Of a DNA stretch of 64,000 nucleotides, positions 12,454 to 27,030 are shown piece after piece; position 1 is the first letter of the stretch; every line of letters begins with the position of its first letter. The notes below the pieces were generated by a model. It saw nothing but the letters and a program-made list of their open reading frames with translations. It had not been told where the DNA came from and made no database searches. The position numbers were made by a program, and so were the translations under genes. Location: assembly GCA_951406725.2 (NCBI GenBank), contig OX597838.1, positions 30,814,001 through 30,878,000 on the forward strand, given 5' to 3'. This DNA is from Octopus vulgaris (taxonomy: Eukaryota).

Positions 12454-12905
12454 CATCGCCTGTATTTTTGATCACCTGTAATATCATCGCCTGCAATTCC
12501 ATGGCTAAGATTTCATCGCTTGTAATTTTATCGCCTATAGTTTCAACGTCTGTTATATCATCGTCTGTAGTTTTATCTCCTGTAATGTCGCCTGAAACAT
12601 CATCGCTCTTAATTTGATCGCTAGTAATTTCATCGTCTAATATCAATCGAAGGAGGGGGGGCTTTCTCCGTCCGGGTTGCGGATCCGTGGAATAAGCTGC
12701 CGGATGAGATAGTGAAGATGCCGACGACCGCTCGGTTCAAAGTCTCTCTTGACCAGAAATGGCCTGAACTCTTTGCATGAACACCACCCTGTACATAACT
12801 CCATGTCCCCCTACATGGCCTTGCTTTTTGCTTTTTGAGCCAAAAAATTAACTTAACTTAACAATCGCCTTAATTTCTTCATCCACAATTTCATCGCCTA
12901 GAAAT
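12454..12905. repeat. Degenerate 15-bp tandem array (approx. TTCATCGCCTGTAAT), split by a CR1 insertion
   Basis: The 15-bp periodicity is visible on both sides of 12650-12861. Confidence 0.8.
12650..12861 (+). mobile_element. CR1-clade LINE 3' end
   Basis: Encodes FSVRVADPWNKLPDEIV..FKVSLDQKW (stop 12778-80), with a (TTAAC)n tail and flanking CAATCG duplication at 12644-49/12862-67. Confidence 0.85.
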
Positions 12906-13767
12906 TCCGCGAGCCAATATATATATATGTAGTTTGGTATTAATTTCAGCTTCATACTTTTTATCCGCAGAGTATATACATCGCTAAACATTATTTAAAA
13001 CTTTTTCATTTTCACAATAAATATATTTCATTAACAATGAAAAAAAAAAATTTTTTTTTCAAAGCTAAACGATTGCATCGTAACAATCTGGAACTTTATT
13101 TTAAAAAAAAAGTCTTAGGAGTAAAAAAATAACAATCGAGAAACGAAGAAATAAACCCTTTCTGTGGAAAACCTACATTGCAGAAAGACATACAAAGCAG
13201 CGTAACGAGAATTCTCACACATCACCAAGGAAAAGGAAACTCACGAGATACTAAATTATTGAAGAGGAATTATAGACGGTTTGTCCTTTAAAGCGTTTCT
13301 TCCTTCTGACAATTTCGAAAAATAGATTTTATCTTCTATCTGTATTTGTGGAGTGGGCTGTTCTATTTTAAAAAGTATCTTTGATATGTTTTCATTTCTA
13401 TATTGAATAACTTTGATATTAATAATATTTTTTTTTTCATCATTGAAATTCTTTTCCTTTTCTATATGAAATGTGACCTATTTATTTATTCTACCAATTT
13501 CCAGGTTTATATAATGTTTGGCGATGTATATACTCTACCCTTAAAAAAAATATTACGATGATTTTTACAAAAGTGCTTTGCTGAGTTTGGCTGTCGATGA
13601 AATCAACTTGTGAAGAAATTAAGTGTAGGTAATTCTATGAGTGAGTGTGTGAGAGTGTGTGTGCTTTTCTGTGTTCTCTCTCTCTCTTTCTTTTTTTTTC
13701 CCCTTTCTGTATCTGTATGAAGAAACACATATTTTTGATGGCCTCTATAACAAGATAGGCCATAGCG

Positions 13768-13800
<33 letters not shown>

Positions 13801-14022
13801 CAAAGGAATTCCAACTCCGTCTGTTTTTTATGTTTTATATTCTTTATAATATTAATGTAGAATAAAGAATATATAGTATAAATAGTATATATAGTAAAAT
13901 GAAATGAAGTATTGATTATCTTATTGAATAGATGAAATATTGAATATCAAATATTAAGGGACTAGTATAATTTCTTGCATTTAAGCAGTTTTTAAGGTCC
14001 CAGATTGTGACAGGAGTGTTTC

Positions 14023-14078
<56 letters not shown>

Positions 14079-14477
14079 GCAGGGCCCAATTAAAACCATG
14101 GGGGGCCTTGGGCACTTCAAGTTCGGTGAGCTCCGTATACACAAAAATTAAAATCTTAGAAAACTACCAAATTAAAATATCAAAACTCATCTCTTTGAAA
14201 TTTGGTGACTTAACAGAGAAAGTTTAAATAAATGACTGAAAATATCGCTTTATAGATACACCTTTTGAAAATTCAAGTTTCGTTTTTCACAGATCCACTT
14301 GCGATGTTTGACTTTTCTTTCATTGTAAAAAGTACAACGAAGGAGGAAAGAGTAGGGTAAGATGTGCTTATTTTTTCTTAATGTGAGTTACATGTTGCTG
14401 AATGTAGAATAAAGGACAGAAATTTACAAAAAAGAAGAAAAAAATTTGTGGTTGTTGCTGTTCCAATGCCATGATGA

Positions 14478-14508
<31 letters not shown>

Positions 14509-16464
14509 CATACGTGTGTGTATGTGTGTCTGTGTGTGTATGAGAGAGAGAAAGGGTTGAGATACCAACATTTAAAAGACATGGATTTAAAAAATTCTTC
14601 TTATAAAACGGTTTCCCTTCATTGTTTTGCAATGCGGGAAAAAATTAAAAAATAAAAAGCAAGGGAAACCTCGACAAAGGCGGGGAAATTCCAACAGCTC
14701 TTTCCGAAAGCCTGCTTTTCCAGTTTCCAGTAGGGTGGGGCACTATCAAAATATTATTTATTGTATTTTTGGTTTTGAAGAAAATGTATTTTTTCACAAA
14801 GGTTCACCAACTTTTGCCAAAACTATGTCAGTGAAGTAAAGACTTTCTCTAAACGCAGTAAAACCTATAACATATTCAGAACCCAATTCCAGAAAATTAT
14901 CACTGTTCTCTTTGAGCATATAAAAGACAAATTTAGGCGGGGCAAAATGGGTAAGACAAGACAAAGTGAATACGCCCTTCCAGTTCTCCAGAACTAAATT
15001 TGAAAAGAGTCATGCACATAAACATCCATCCTTAGACATCAGAAAAATCAGAAATGGGATCTAGGTTTTTTTTCATTCGTAAAATATGCATTTTTAAAAG
15101 TCTGAAAATCGGCTATAATAATGTAGTCTTCCAGTCTCATTGCTATGAAAGTATGATGTTGTGGAGTGAAAAATTGGAGGAAAATGTTACAGAGGTTTAA
15201 AAATTGGAAAAAAAAAATTTTCTGCGTTTAGCGGAGTGGTGAAACTTTAAGGTTGTACCCTGTGAAATTTATAGTTTAGTGTCTGTGACATAACTTGTTT
15301 ATTGTAGGTTCATAAATAAAACAGAAATACCTAATAAAATCAACATGTATCATTTTACTGTTTCTTTTGTTTCTTCATTCATTGTATGTTATTACTATCG
15401 TTTAAAATTTGTTATATTAATATATTTGTCTGCAAGTGTTTACTTTATGCGTATTTCATATTATAAATATCTGTCATGTATTTGTGTACATCATTAATAT
15501 ATAGATGCATGCGTGTGTGTGTGAAAAGGGGGCGTCTGTCTCCATAACTCCAAAGTTGAGTAACGTTTTCATGCTTGGATTTGTAAACTACGATAAGAAT
15601 GAAACTGGTCAACAAAGAATTTGTCCCAAAAGCACCGAAAATATATAATATACTAACACACAGAAAAATTAAAACAAAACACGCGGGTGAAAAGAATCTT
15701 GTGGTGCGAAGAATCAAGTGTGAAAAATTAACATAGAACAGCGTGTGGCACAGACAACTGTGGTTGTCATGGTAACAAGCTGCTAATGACAATTTGTGTG
15801 TTGATTGGCTAAAATTACCCAAATTTCCCAACTTTAATTCCAAATAACATCAGATTATTTAATTTACAAGATAATGAAATTGGTTGATCGTAATTAAAAT
15901 TCAGAGTTGCATCGACGCACCAACATTGAAAGCAATTTGAACAAAATTAAAGGGGGCTCATTTTGCGAATGAAAAAGACTAGATCCCAGAAATGCATCAA
16001 AATTCAAATATCTTGGTCAAATGAAAGTGGATTAAAGAAAATTCGCACGTAATATTAAATCAATGAAAATCAACTAAATCTAAAAACTCAACATAAAATA
16101 TTTTTTATATCTTCTTCACTAAAAATTATCCAGAAATTTTATTAGTTACCTCAATTACAAATATGGTCAAATTTGAGGGAAATTTTCTTGAAAATAGTAC
16201 CTGTCACCTATGTTTCAAACTTTCAACTTCAACAACAACTATGTAAACTATACTGGCCAATTTTTACTCCCAAAGACGATGCAATGGTACAAAATGAAAG
16301 AAAATAACAAGAAATAAGAAATTATTCATTTTGACCCAGTTACCAATTTTGCCCCACTTCAATTCGTCTTAACTTTCAGGAAAATGAATATTTCTTTATG
16401 AAATTGCTTACAAATATACCTCGGACTATGTAGATTCCAAGCATATAGGATTTTTGGAGAAATA

Positions 16465-17500
16465 TGAACCCTAACATTCAATTTACAATGTAATATACCA
16501 AAGAACAGCTCGCTTTCTTAGATATTATGATAAAAAAGTCAACAACCAAATTATAACTGACATTTATCATAAACCAACAGACTCGAAGTAATATCTCCTA
16601 TTTAGCTCATGTCATCCGAAACACATCAAAAGAAACGTCTCCTTTAATTTAGTAAAAAGGATTTACACAATAATGTCTGATAGAAATACTCGGGACCTTC
16701 GTCTTCAAGACCTCAGAACAACACTAACTAAAAGACAATATCCACCCTCACCTATAGACGATGGAATTAAGCGTGCTAAGACATTAGACATTAAAACACT
16801 AAGGGCAACAAAACGTAACACAACACACACCTCATCTCAAAACTCTACTGTATATATATCAACTCACAACCCTAGAAACAATGAGGCATACAGCACTACT
16901 GTGCAAAATCTACCTGTGCTCACCTAGAGATCCAAAAATGAACAACATTCTGAAAATACATAAATTCACCAAATGCAAAAGGCAACACAAATCGCTAAAA
17001 AGACTTTTAATAAATGCGAAGCTTTACACACCAACCACGAAACCAACAGTTTAAAACTGTGGATGCCCAAACTATGGAACATGCCACAATCTACTGGAAG
17101 GTTCGGAATTCCTATTCAAACAAGGAGAGAGGTTCACAATTTAAACCAATTTCACTTGTGCTCCCGAGAATCTAGTTTATAACTTTCTCAGGATGTGGAC
17201 ATAACTACAGAAGACAGACAATTATGACACTGAGACGGAGAACCATACTACATAAGGAATAAATCCAGTTCCCACAATACAGACAAATCCCTTTTTCTAT
17301 TTTTCTATTTGATGAATCATTCATTCATAAACTTCTCCACACATAACATGGACTAAAATCTTCTTAAAGAAAATACGAAATTACAATAATTTCACTGTCA
17401 TGATTTGCAAAAGCGAAACTGGTCGACAGACACAATATAAAATATATTAAAAAATATATTAAAACTACATAAAGTGTGTGCATCTTCCTTCTTTTACTTT
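16465..17500 (+). mobile_element. Penelope-like element remnant (RT C-terminus, Cys-rich linker, GIY-YIG start, 3' UTR)
   Basis: Translates with stops and frameshifts to NPNIQFT..LAFLD..TDIYHKPTDS.YLLFSSCHPKHIK and CGCPNYGTC..NFTCAPENLVY. A decayed HHR lies at 17395-17429 (CTGTC..GAAACTGGTC-GACAG). Confidence 0.85.
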
Positions 17501-17637
17501 ACACACACACACACACACATACTTAAATGTCAAAATCTCAAGCCAAGTTATTCTATTTGTCACTGTTATTATAATGCATAATTTAAAACGTATGACTATT
17601 ATTTATCTGTCTATCTAATGTCTGGATATCTGTGTGA

Positions 17638-17694
<57 letters not shown>

Positions 17695-18743
17695 CACACA
17701 CACACACACACACACGCACACACACACACATATATATATGTACATGTATATATAAATATGTATATATATATATGTATATATATGCATACATATATAGACA
17801 CATCTATATAAATGTATATATGTTTGTTTGTGTGTGTATACATACATACATACACATACATATATGCATACATACACACATACACACACATACATGCATA
17901 TATAAAACACACATTTTCATATATCTAGCAATGTACACAATGTCCGTGTGTACATTTACACAACTTATACATGTATATATATATTTATGTATGTGTGTGT
18001 ATGCATGTGTGTACGTGTGTTTATACATATGTGTGTATGTCTATATATTTGTATATGCGTATGTTTATGTTTACATGTGTGTGTGTGTGTGTGTTTGCAT
18101 ATGTATGCTTCTATGATTTAGTGTCCATGTACCACGGTTGACTGGTTTTGTAGGTTAGTTACACCAATATAACACCGGTGGAACAGACATTGGATTTTTT
18201 AATATAAATTCCACAATGAGGGACTCACTGGGTTATCATGTTGGCCCCTGCTGGGAGATTTATTAAGATTTGCTCTTTATAAGTTGAAGGGAGTGGAATT
18301 CCTGTTCCGAATTCCCCACCTTGCCTCTGTTGTTGTTTTGTTAATATTATTGTTAATGCCAGGGAGGATGGCAGTGGGGGTGCGAATTGTGAAAGTGCTC
18401 GACAAAAGGTGTTGCGGGTTTCGTCCTTTCTTAAAGTTTCAGTTTCAAATCTCGCCATGCTTCACTTTATCGATCATCTTTTCCGATATCGATAAAATAA
18501 ACGATGGTCTAGTACTGATCGATAATTAGTGATCGATATGTAATCTAATGCATATAATAGAGATGGTTCTGCTACAGGCAGGTATGTAACCATCGATGCT
18601 GTTAATCCGGGTGACAGATAAAGTGCAATGTCTATCAACAGCTGTAATCCACCCGAAAGACTTCGCTTCAGTTTTACGTCTACCCGGTTTCACTCATAAG
18701 GTTTGTACGACCTTATACTTTGAAAGAAACCGTTTGCCTAAGG

Positions 18744-18962
18744 CAGTGGTTTTCAACCAGGGTTCCGCGGAACCTTAGGGTTCCGCCAGTACAGTCCAGG
18801 GGTTCCGCAAGAAGTTACAAAACTGCTAAAATCGGCAGTAATTTTTAATTCTCCTGTGCAGATATGTGAGCATAAGACTGTTAAATTATTGCACAAGGGT
18901 TCCTCGAGCCAGTGGAATGTTTCCTTGGGGTTCCGCTCCAGCAAAAGGTTTGAAAAGCACTG
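18744..18962. mobile_element. hAT-type MITE
   Basis: TIRs CAGTGGTTTTCAA/TTGAAAAGCACTG, a perfect 8-bp TSD GCCTAAGG (18736-43, 18963-70), and GGGTTCCG subterminal repeats. Confidence 0.9.
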
Positions 18963-19394
18963 GCCTAAGGTACCACGCAGTGGGATTGAAACCAGAAGTT
19001 CATGCATATAGTGCGAGCTTGCAAACCAACTTTCAGTGGCGGTTAGGTACTTCCTTAAGCCCTTCATTCTCTATGTGACCGTCGGTGGTGTTAATCCGGA
19101 TAGCAGATTAATTGTACCGTCCATACACAGCTGTAATCCACCCGAAAGGCTTCAGCTCAGTTTTACATCTATCCGATTTCACTCACAAGGTTTGTACTAC
19201 CTTATATTTTGAAAGAAAAAAAAAAGAAAAACATTTGCTCAAGGTACCACGCAGTAGGATTGAACCCAGAAGCTCATGCTTATGGAACGAGTTTGTTAAT
19301 CAACTTCTAGTGGTGGCTAGGTATTTCCTTAAGCCCTCCACTTTTCTCCAATTCTCTGTTTCTCCCTACCTCGTCTCCAGCCATTTTGAGGGAC

Positions 19395-19851
19395 GTGCTT
19401 GGCAACAAGATAATGCCTCACATGCATTCACTTAGATGGGGAAATCCTGTCTTGTTTCAACAAGATGGGGCCTCCGCCTCATTATGCATTACTTGAACAT
19501 TTTCCAGTGAGATGGCTCGGGCGCCGCGGGCCAATTGAATGGGCACCACAGTCACCAGATTTAAATCCCATGGACTTTTTTCTTCAGGGGCTACATTAAA
19601 TTCCTTGTTGTGTATTCTGAAAAGATTCGTGACCAAGGGCATCTTCTTCAAAGAATTGTTGAAGCATGTGAACAAGTCAACAGCAATGAAGAGCGATTTG
19701 AGAGGGTTCATCACAATTTCAAATTCCGCAAGAACCCTTTCATTGGAGCCACATGGTCATCACGTTGAACGTTTGTAATGGATTGCCTACTTCATTGCTA
19801 ATAGATCATACTTGATATCTCCCCACGGTGCGTGACTTTCTGGCCACCCTG
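19395..19851 (+). mobile_element. Tc1/mariner-superfamily transposase remnant with right TIR
   Basis: Decayed QQDGA and IEWAPQSPDLNPMDFFLQGYIK motifs; ends in TTTCTGGCCACCCTG. Confidence 0.8.
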
Positions 19852-19892
19852 TCTGTTGTAGGATATGTTAAATATAATCATCAATATATTCT

Positions 19893-20216
19893 TTTATTCT
19901 TTGTAAGCCTAGTACTTATACTATCGGCATCATGTGCCGAACCACTAAGATACGGGAGCGTAAACACACCAACATCGGTTGTCAAGCTATGGTGAGGGTG
20001 AGTAACACAGACACACGAATATACATACACTAACGCCCCTCCCACACACAGACATATACGACGGGTTTCTTTAAGTCTCCGTTTACCAAATCTACTCACA
20101 GGGTTTTGGTCGACCCGAGGCTATAGTAGAAGACACTTACCCACAGTGTCACGCAGTGGGACCGAACCCGAAACCCTGTGGTTGGTAAGCAAGCTACTTA
20201 CCACACTGCCACTCCT
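19893..20216 (-). mobile_element. Family-1 SINE
   Basis: Near-full homology to 26616-27030. Confidence 0.85.
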
Positions 20217-21704
20217 ATATGTAATAATTATTATACATTATATATATTGATTTCAAATTTTAGCACAAGGCCTGTAATTTTAGGGAGAGGTAAGTCGAGT
20301 ACATCGACTCCTGTGTTCAGCTGGTATTTATTTATCGACCCTAGGATGAAAAGCAAAGTGGACCTCGGCAGAATTGTAAAGATTGTAAAGACGGACGAAA
20401 TGCTGCTAAGCATTTTCCCCGGCTTGTAAAGCATCTGTCGGGTCGCTGTCTTCGTTACACATATATTGCTACTACTCATGTCCCTGTCCTGGTTGTAGCG
20501 ATTAAAGGTGTTAGTAGCAAAAACAGGAAGAGACGTTCTGCGCACATGGTCGTTGCTGTGCTTTAAGAGATAGTTCAGTGTTTTGGGGGTAGATCTTCCT
20601 GTTGCTCCACATAACCCCTCTAGCCACGAACGTATCCAGCACCTCACCGACCCCACCGGGTACGAGAGACAGAGAATCAAGCTTTAGCATTGAGGTTATG
20701 TATGTCGGGTGTTACACCAGTCATCAGAAGGCTCACTCTCCTTTGTTTTAAAATACTCTTCGTATATTGATTGACCTACCGTATCGATAGACGCAGTAGG
20801 TCACTGTATCGCTGCAGTAGCAAATCGATATTTTTGTTGGAGTATTAGATTGAACAGGTGATCGATTGCTTAGCGAAATCGTTGGTGTCTCTTCCCAGGC
20901 AAAGCATAGTTATTACCAAAGCCTTCGACTCGCTCGGCTGGTTCGACGGGATCTGATGCATTTTTCGGTCCTTCGTGGGTCCTACGAATTCTATTCATAT
21001 CTCCTGGAAGTCAAAGACGCATCCATGCATGTGTGTGTGTGTGTGTGGGGGGTGCGTGTATTTGTGCTTGGCTTGTTTTGAAGCAGGATGTAAAAGACTT
21101 CCTGTGTCCGTGTGTCGCAAACCCACTTCAGTGCCACGGTTCTGCTTTTTGTTTTTGGTTCCTCCTCCTCTTCCTCCTCTACCTCTTCTTCCCCCTCTTC
21201 CTCCCCTTCCTCCTCTCCCTCCTCATCCTCTTCGTCATCGTCGTCGTCGTCCTCCTCCTTCTTCTTCCTCCTCCTCCTCCTCCTCTTCTTCTTCTTCTTC
21301 TTCTTCTACCGCTATCACCGCCGCTATCACTCCGCCGCCACCGCAACATCACTCACCACCACCATCACCCCACTCCTGCTGCTGCTGCTGCTGGTCTGAT
21401 TGTAGGGTTAGCAGCAAAGAATATTTCTACGCCATTGGACAGAGGACAGAGAGCACCTTCCGATGTCTGCTTGCTGCCGCATGTGTAACACCTGGCCAAC
21501 CTGTAAACTTAATAACACAGCTTTATTTGATCCCCCATCGCCAACCGAATGAGGTCGGTGATGCACCGGACGTTCGCAGGTGGAGGGCGGGTGGCGGTGG
21601 GTGGCCGGCGGCGGCAACATCTAGACCTTTATTTGAGCGTCCAACAACGTCGGGTGGGAGGTTGATCGTCTCACCGCGATATAGTCCGATATCATTAATA
21701 AATT

Positions 21705-22222
<518 letters not shown>

Positions 22223-22427
22223 TCACAGAAACAACAAGAGCAATGATAATTCCTAATATTGCTTTCATATATTACTTTTCCTTAAACTCTCTGAGAGGAG
22301 GAGGCTTACATGCAACGACACAAACACACACACACACACACACACAAACACACACAAATATATACACGCACACATATGCAAATACATGAATACATACATA
22401 CATATGCACATACATACATGCATGCAT

Positions 22428-22460
<33 letters not shown>

Positions 22461-22606
22461 CATACATATATATATCTATGTGTATATATGTGTATATATA
22501 TATATATATGAATGATAAAATTCACACATGCATATATACTATACAATAATATACATATATACATGAGTGACACACACAGACATATATATATATACATGTA
22601 CATACA

Positions 22607-22642
<36 letters not shown>

Positions 22643-23409
22643 TATATGTATATATGTATATATATATATATGTATATACATATATATATATATATGTATA
22701 TATACATACATACATATAAACATACATGCATAGATACATACGTATATATACGAATAATACACACCTGTGTGCACACGCACACACACACACGCACACACAC
22801 ACACACACATACACACACATGAACACACATCCTGTATTTAATTACCGCTTCATGAGAAACTCCACCTGAGCCAAGTCCACCTTGGCGGTGATTTTTATTC
22901 CTTTATTTAGGTTTATGGCAGATTAAACTCAGTCTTATTCTTTTCTTTTTCTTTTTTTTCCTTATTTATTTTATTCATTATTTCTTCATTATTTCATCAT
23001 TTATTATTTTATTATTTACACCGAGAAGGTCATTATTGGATATATTTATATATTTATTGTTTAATATCCTTTCTTGACGACACCACTTCCTCCACCCCCG
23101 CCCCTCGTCTTCCACCTTCTCTTTTTTCATTTTCGGTCCTCCGCCCCCCCCTTCCCGCCGCCGCCATCTTTCTTTCAGGAAGACGCGAGACTTGCACCGT
23201 GGACACTTTCTCAGTGGCCTTTACAACTTTCTGTACTTTTCTCGCCGCCGCCTTCGCCGTTGTTGTTGTGGTTATTGTTGTTGTGGTTTAGATTATTGTC
23301 GTATTCTGGGACAGCGCTTATGGCGGTTTCTCCTCATTTCTCTCACACACCGCCCCCACATACGTACACAATATATATGTGTGTGTATATACATATGTAT
23401 ATGTGCACA

Positions 23410-23441
<32 letters not shown>

Positions 23442-23519
23442 CATGTATATACACATATATATGTATGTGTGCGTATACACATATACATATGAATACACAT
23501 ACATATGTATGTGTATGTT

Positions 23520-23563
<44 letters not shown>

Positions 23564-23574
23564 TATACACACAG

Positions 23575-23609
<35 letters not shown>

Positions 23610-23644
23610 TGCATAGATACATTTATATACATAAATGCAAATAC

Positions 23645-23677
<33 letters not shown>

Positions 23678-23706
23678 TATATAGTAGATATATATATATA
23701 TACAAT

Positions 23707-23752
<46 letters not shown>

Positions 23753-23755
<3 letters not shown>

Positions 23756-24091
23756 CGGAGATGTACTCGCATAGCAAGTAATTTGATCTGAGATCGTGTG
23801 CTGAAACGAAAACAATTGCAGCGTGGAAGGTGTTTATAAGCCATTTAAGAAACACACAAAAGCCGTTCGATTCACTTCAACATTTAAGTTTAATTTGTTA
23901 AAATATTTTCATCGCTAAAATCCGCGACCTATTCACTGACAAAGTCCGTGCAGCCGGACTTTGTCAGTGAATAGGTCGCGGATTTTAGCGATGAAAATAT
24001 TTTAACAAATTAAACTTAAATGTTGAAGTGAATCGAACGGCTTTTGTGTGTTTCTTAAATGGCTTATAAACACCTTCCACGCTGCAATTGT

Positions 24092-24092
<1 letters not shown>
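23753..24092. mobile_element. PLE-type terminal repeat forming a 138-bp-arm palindrome, with a variant HHR
   Basis: Arms 23811-23948/23955-24092 with a 6-nt spacer; HHR-like fold at 23961-24008; TA-flanked; homologous to 45044-45288. Confidence 0.8.
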
Positions 24093-24148
<56 letters not shown>

Positions 24149-24262
24149 TGTATATGTTCTTTTATTTATTCTTTCTTTTATTTGTTCCAGTCATTTGACC
24201 GCAGAAATGCTGGAGCATCGACCTGAAGGGTTTTAGTCGAACAAACCGGCCCCTAGGACTTA

Positions 24263-25342
24263 CAGGGTGTTCCCAAAAAGTTGATATCATTTGAGATGTA
24301 AATATTACAGAAACTACATAGTCAAAGCAAGTGAAACTCAACAGGCATAATGTTGTGTAACATAAGATTTATTCCTCCAAATTTGAATGAAAATTCAGGG
24401 CTATGTGGATTCCATGAACGATTTTACAAATGTCCAAGATGCTCACCACCTGAGACATGGCATACGTCAAATCGGTAGTCCATAAGGCGGTGAGCTGGCA
24501 GAAACGTTAGCACGCCGGGCGAAATGCGTAGCCGTATTTCGTCTCCGTTACGTTCTGAGTTCAAATTCCGCCGAGGTCGACTTTGCCTTTCATCCTTTCG
24601 GGGTCGATTAAATAAGTACCTGTTGTACACTGGGGTCGATATAATCGACTTAATACCTATGTCTGTCCTTGTTTGTCCTCTCTGTTTTTAGCCTCTTGTG
24701 GGTTGTAAAGAAATAGGTAGTCCATCTCCTCTCAAATACGCTGCGGCATGTCTTGGGTAACAGTCTCCAGTGCAGTAGTGATTCTCTGCTCGAGTTCCTC
24801 TAGGTTTGCAGGGGAGACAGAGACCAGGCCATTCACATAGCCCTAGAGAAAAAAAAATCGCAAGGTGTCAGGTCAGGTGAACATGGCGGCCATTTCAACA
24901 GTACATTTCATCGGACGCGCTAAACTGTCGATGGACGAATCTGGGTTTCCAGACTTGTTCTTATGGATGCTTTGGGGCTCCGCAAGAGTTTTTGGCGAAC
25001 CCTCTCGACCGTTTCTTCCGATGTTAGTGGTCGCACAGATCCTTTTGCCTTCCTCTTTGAATTTTTCATGCCACGTTCAAATCTGCATTGCCGTTAGTGA
25101 CTTTTAGAGAACTCTCACAAATGCACGATGCACAGTCTTGTTTGACTATGTTCAAGCATACTCCAACACACAACACGCATTTTCTCTTCCAGTGAATTCC
25201 ATTTCTAAACCTGAAAAGATAAGCATATCAAACATTAAACATAAAATTTTGACCTGTTTCTACACATGCTGTGAAAATTTGAAGTCATTTGAACAGGCAA
25301 AGTTATTAGATTGCGAAATGATATCCAATTTGTTGAAACACC

Positions 25343-25345
<3 letters not shown>
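24263..25345 (-). mobile_element. Deleted Tc1/mariner element
   Basis: TA-flanked TIRs (CAGGGTGTT..GATATCATTT / AAATGATATC..AACACCC). A minus-strand remnant SPD(L)TPCDFF..GYV lies near 24830-24880. Confidence 0.75.
24484..24715 (+). mobile_element. tRNA-derived SINE (family 2), full length
   Basis: A/B boxes, central GGTCGACTTTGCCTTTCATCCTTTCGGGGTCGA domain, and a 10-bp TSD GGTAGTCCAT (24474-83, 24716-25). Older copies near 18330-18540, 20250-20425, 31138-31352 and 54520-54720. Confidence 0.9.
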
Positions 25346-25406
<61 letters not shown>

Positions 25407-25607
25407 TTATTTTTATTTTATTTTTTATTTTTATCTAGTTTCAGCTCACAAGCTGTGGCCATGCTGGGGCACCGGTACAAAATTAAGAGGAATAACCACC
25501 ATTTTGTATGAAATATAATTTTTACTCTTCACATTTTTAAAAATGCTAAGCCACTGGTTTTAATTGATTAATATCAATTTCTACTCTCATTATTTAATTT
25601 ACACACA

Positions 25608-25668
<61 letters not shown>

Positions 25669-26168
25669 TAATATATCTACGTGTGTATGAATGTACCCTT
25701 GTGTGCCTCCTATATGCATGTATATATGTGTGTGTGTGTACGTGTGTGTATGTATTATGTATGTATACTTGCCTGTAAGTCTGTCTGTCTGTCTGTATGT
25801 ATGCATGTATGTATGTATGTATGTATGTATGCATGTATGTATGTATGTATGTATGTATGTATGTATGTATGTATGTATGTACGTTGTATATATGTATGCA
25901 TGTATCTATGTATGTATGCTTGAGTTTCATCCAATCGAAACTTCGGCTTACTCAATTAAAACAAAAAAAAAACAAGGTTCTTTGATCTATATTTCCCATC
26001 ATGACTGCTAATTATTATTTATTAACTGTATAAATTAATTAGTGAAACATAGTCTATTGTACATTCGTTCATTTATATTTTCACAAACCCAGATAATTTC
26101 GTGACTAGAAAATGTCACGTATGCCCTAGAACAGTGCGAACCTGGAGCGGGTTTCTGTAAGTTCTGTC

Positions 26169-26211
<43 letters not shown>

Positions 26212-26284
26212 CATACATACATACATATATATATATATAAATATATATATATATATTATAAGTTATATATATATATATATATTA

Positions 26285-26522
26285 TGTTGTGTCTGGGGAG
26301 TATCATTCTCTTTTAGTGCCTTATTATTTAACACGACTATTGAAACGGTTGCATGACGCAACGAAAATTTTAGAAAATAAAAATAAGAAATAAGTGGAAA
26401 TTTTACCGGTGAGTGTGTTAAATAATAAGGCACTAAAAGAGAATGACTCTCCCCAGACACAACAGAATATGCTTCAACACACGAACTCATATAAAGAATC
26501 TTGCAAACCAAATTCCAAAACG

Positions 26523-26525
<3 letters not shown>
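26285..26525 (+). mobile_element. PLE-type terminal repeat with partial inversion and U3-A8 HHR variant
   Basis: Inverted arms ~26285-26333/26414-26465; HHR-like fold at 26337-26373; homologous to 51832-52138. Confidence 0.7.
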
Positions 26526-26615
<90 letters not shown>

Positions 26616-26617
<2 letters not shown>

Positions 26618-26777
26618 CGCAGGAGTGGCTGTGTGGTAAGTAGCTTGCTAACCAACCACAAGGTTCCGAGTTCAGTCCCACTGCGTGGCATCTTGGGCAA
26701 GTGTCTTCTGCTATGGCCTCGGGCCGACCAAAGCCTTGTGAGTGGATTTGGTAGACGGAAACTAAAAGAAGCCTGTC

Positions 26778-26822
<45 letters not shown>

Positions 26823-27030
26823 TGTGTGTCTGTGTTTGTCACTCTAGCATTGCTTGACAACCAATGCTTGTGTGTTTACGTCCCCGTCACTTAGCGGTTC
26901 GGCAAAAGAGAACGATAGAATAAGTACTGGGCTTAGAATAAGAATAAGTCCCGGGGCCGATTTGCTCGACTAAAGGTGGTGCTCCAGCATGGCCGCAGTT
27001 AAATGACTGAAACAAGTAAAAAAAAAAGAT
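26616..27030 (+). mobile_element. Family-1 SINE, full length
   Basis: GGCGCAGGAGTGGCTGTGTGG head, B box, CORE-like segment, internal (TA)n, and GACTGAAACAAGTAAAA tail. Confidence 0.9.

Noticed and set aside
20231-20680. 149-aa minus-strand ORF
   Set aside because: It runs into a SINE and shows no recognisable motif.
26616-26690. tRNA gene
   Set aside because: The A/B boxes belong to a multicopy SINE head that continues into the SINE body.
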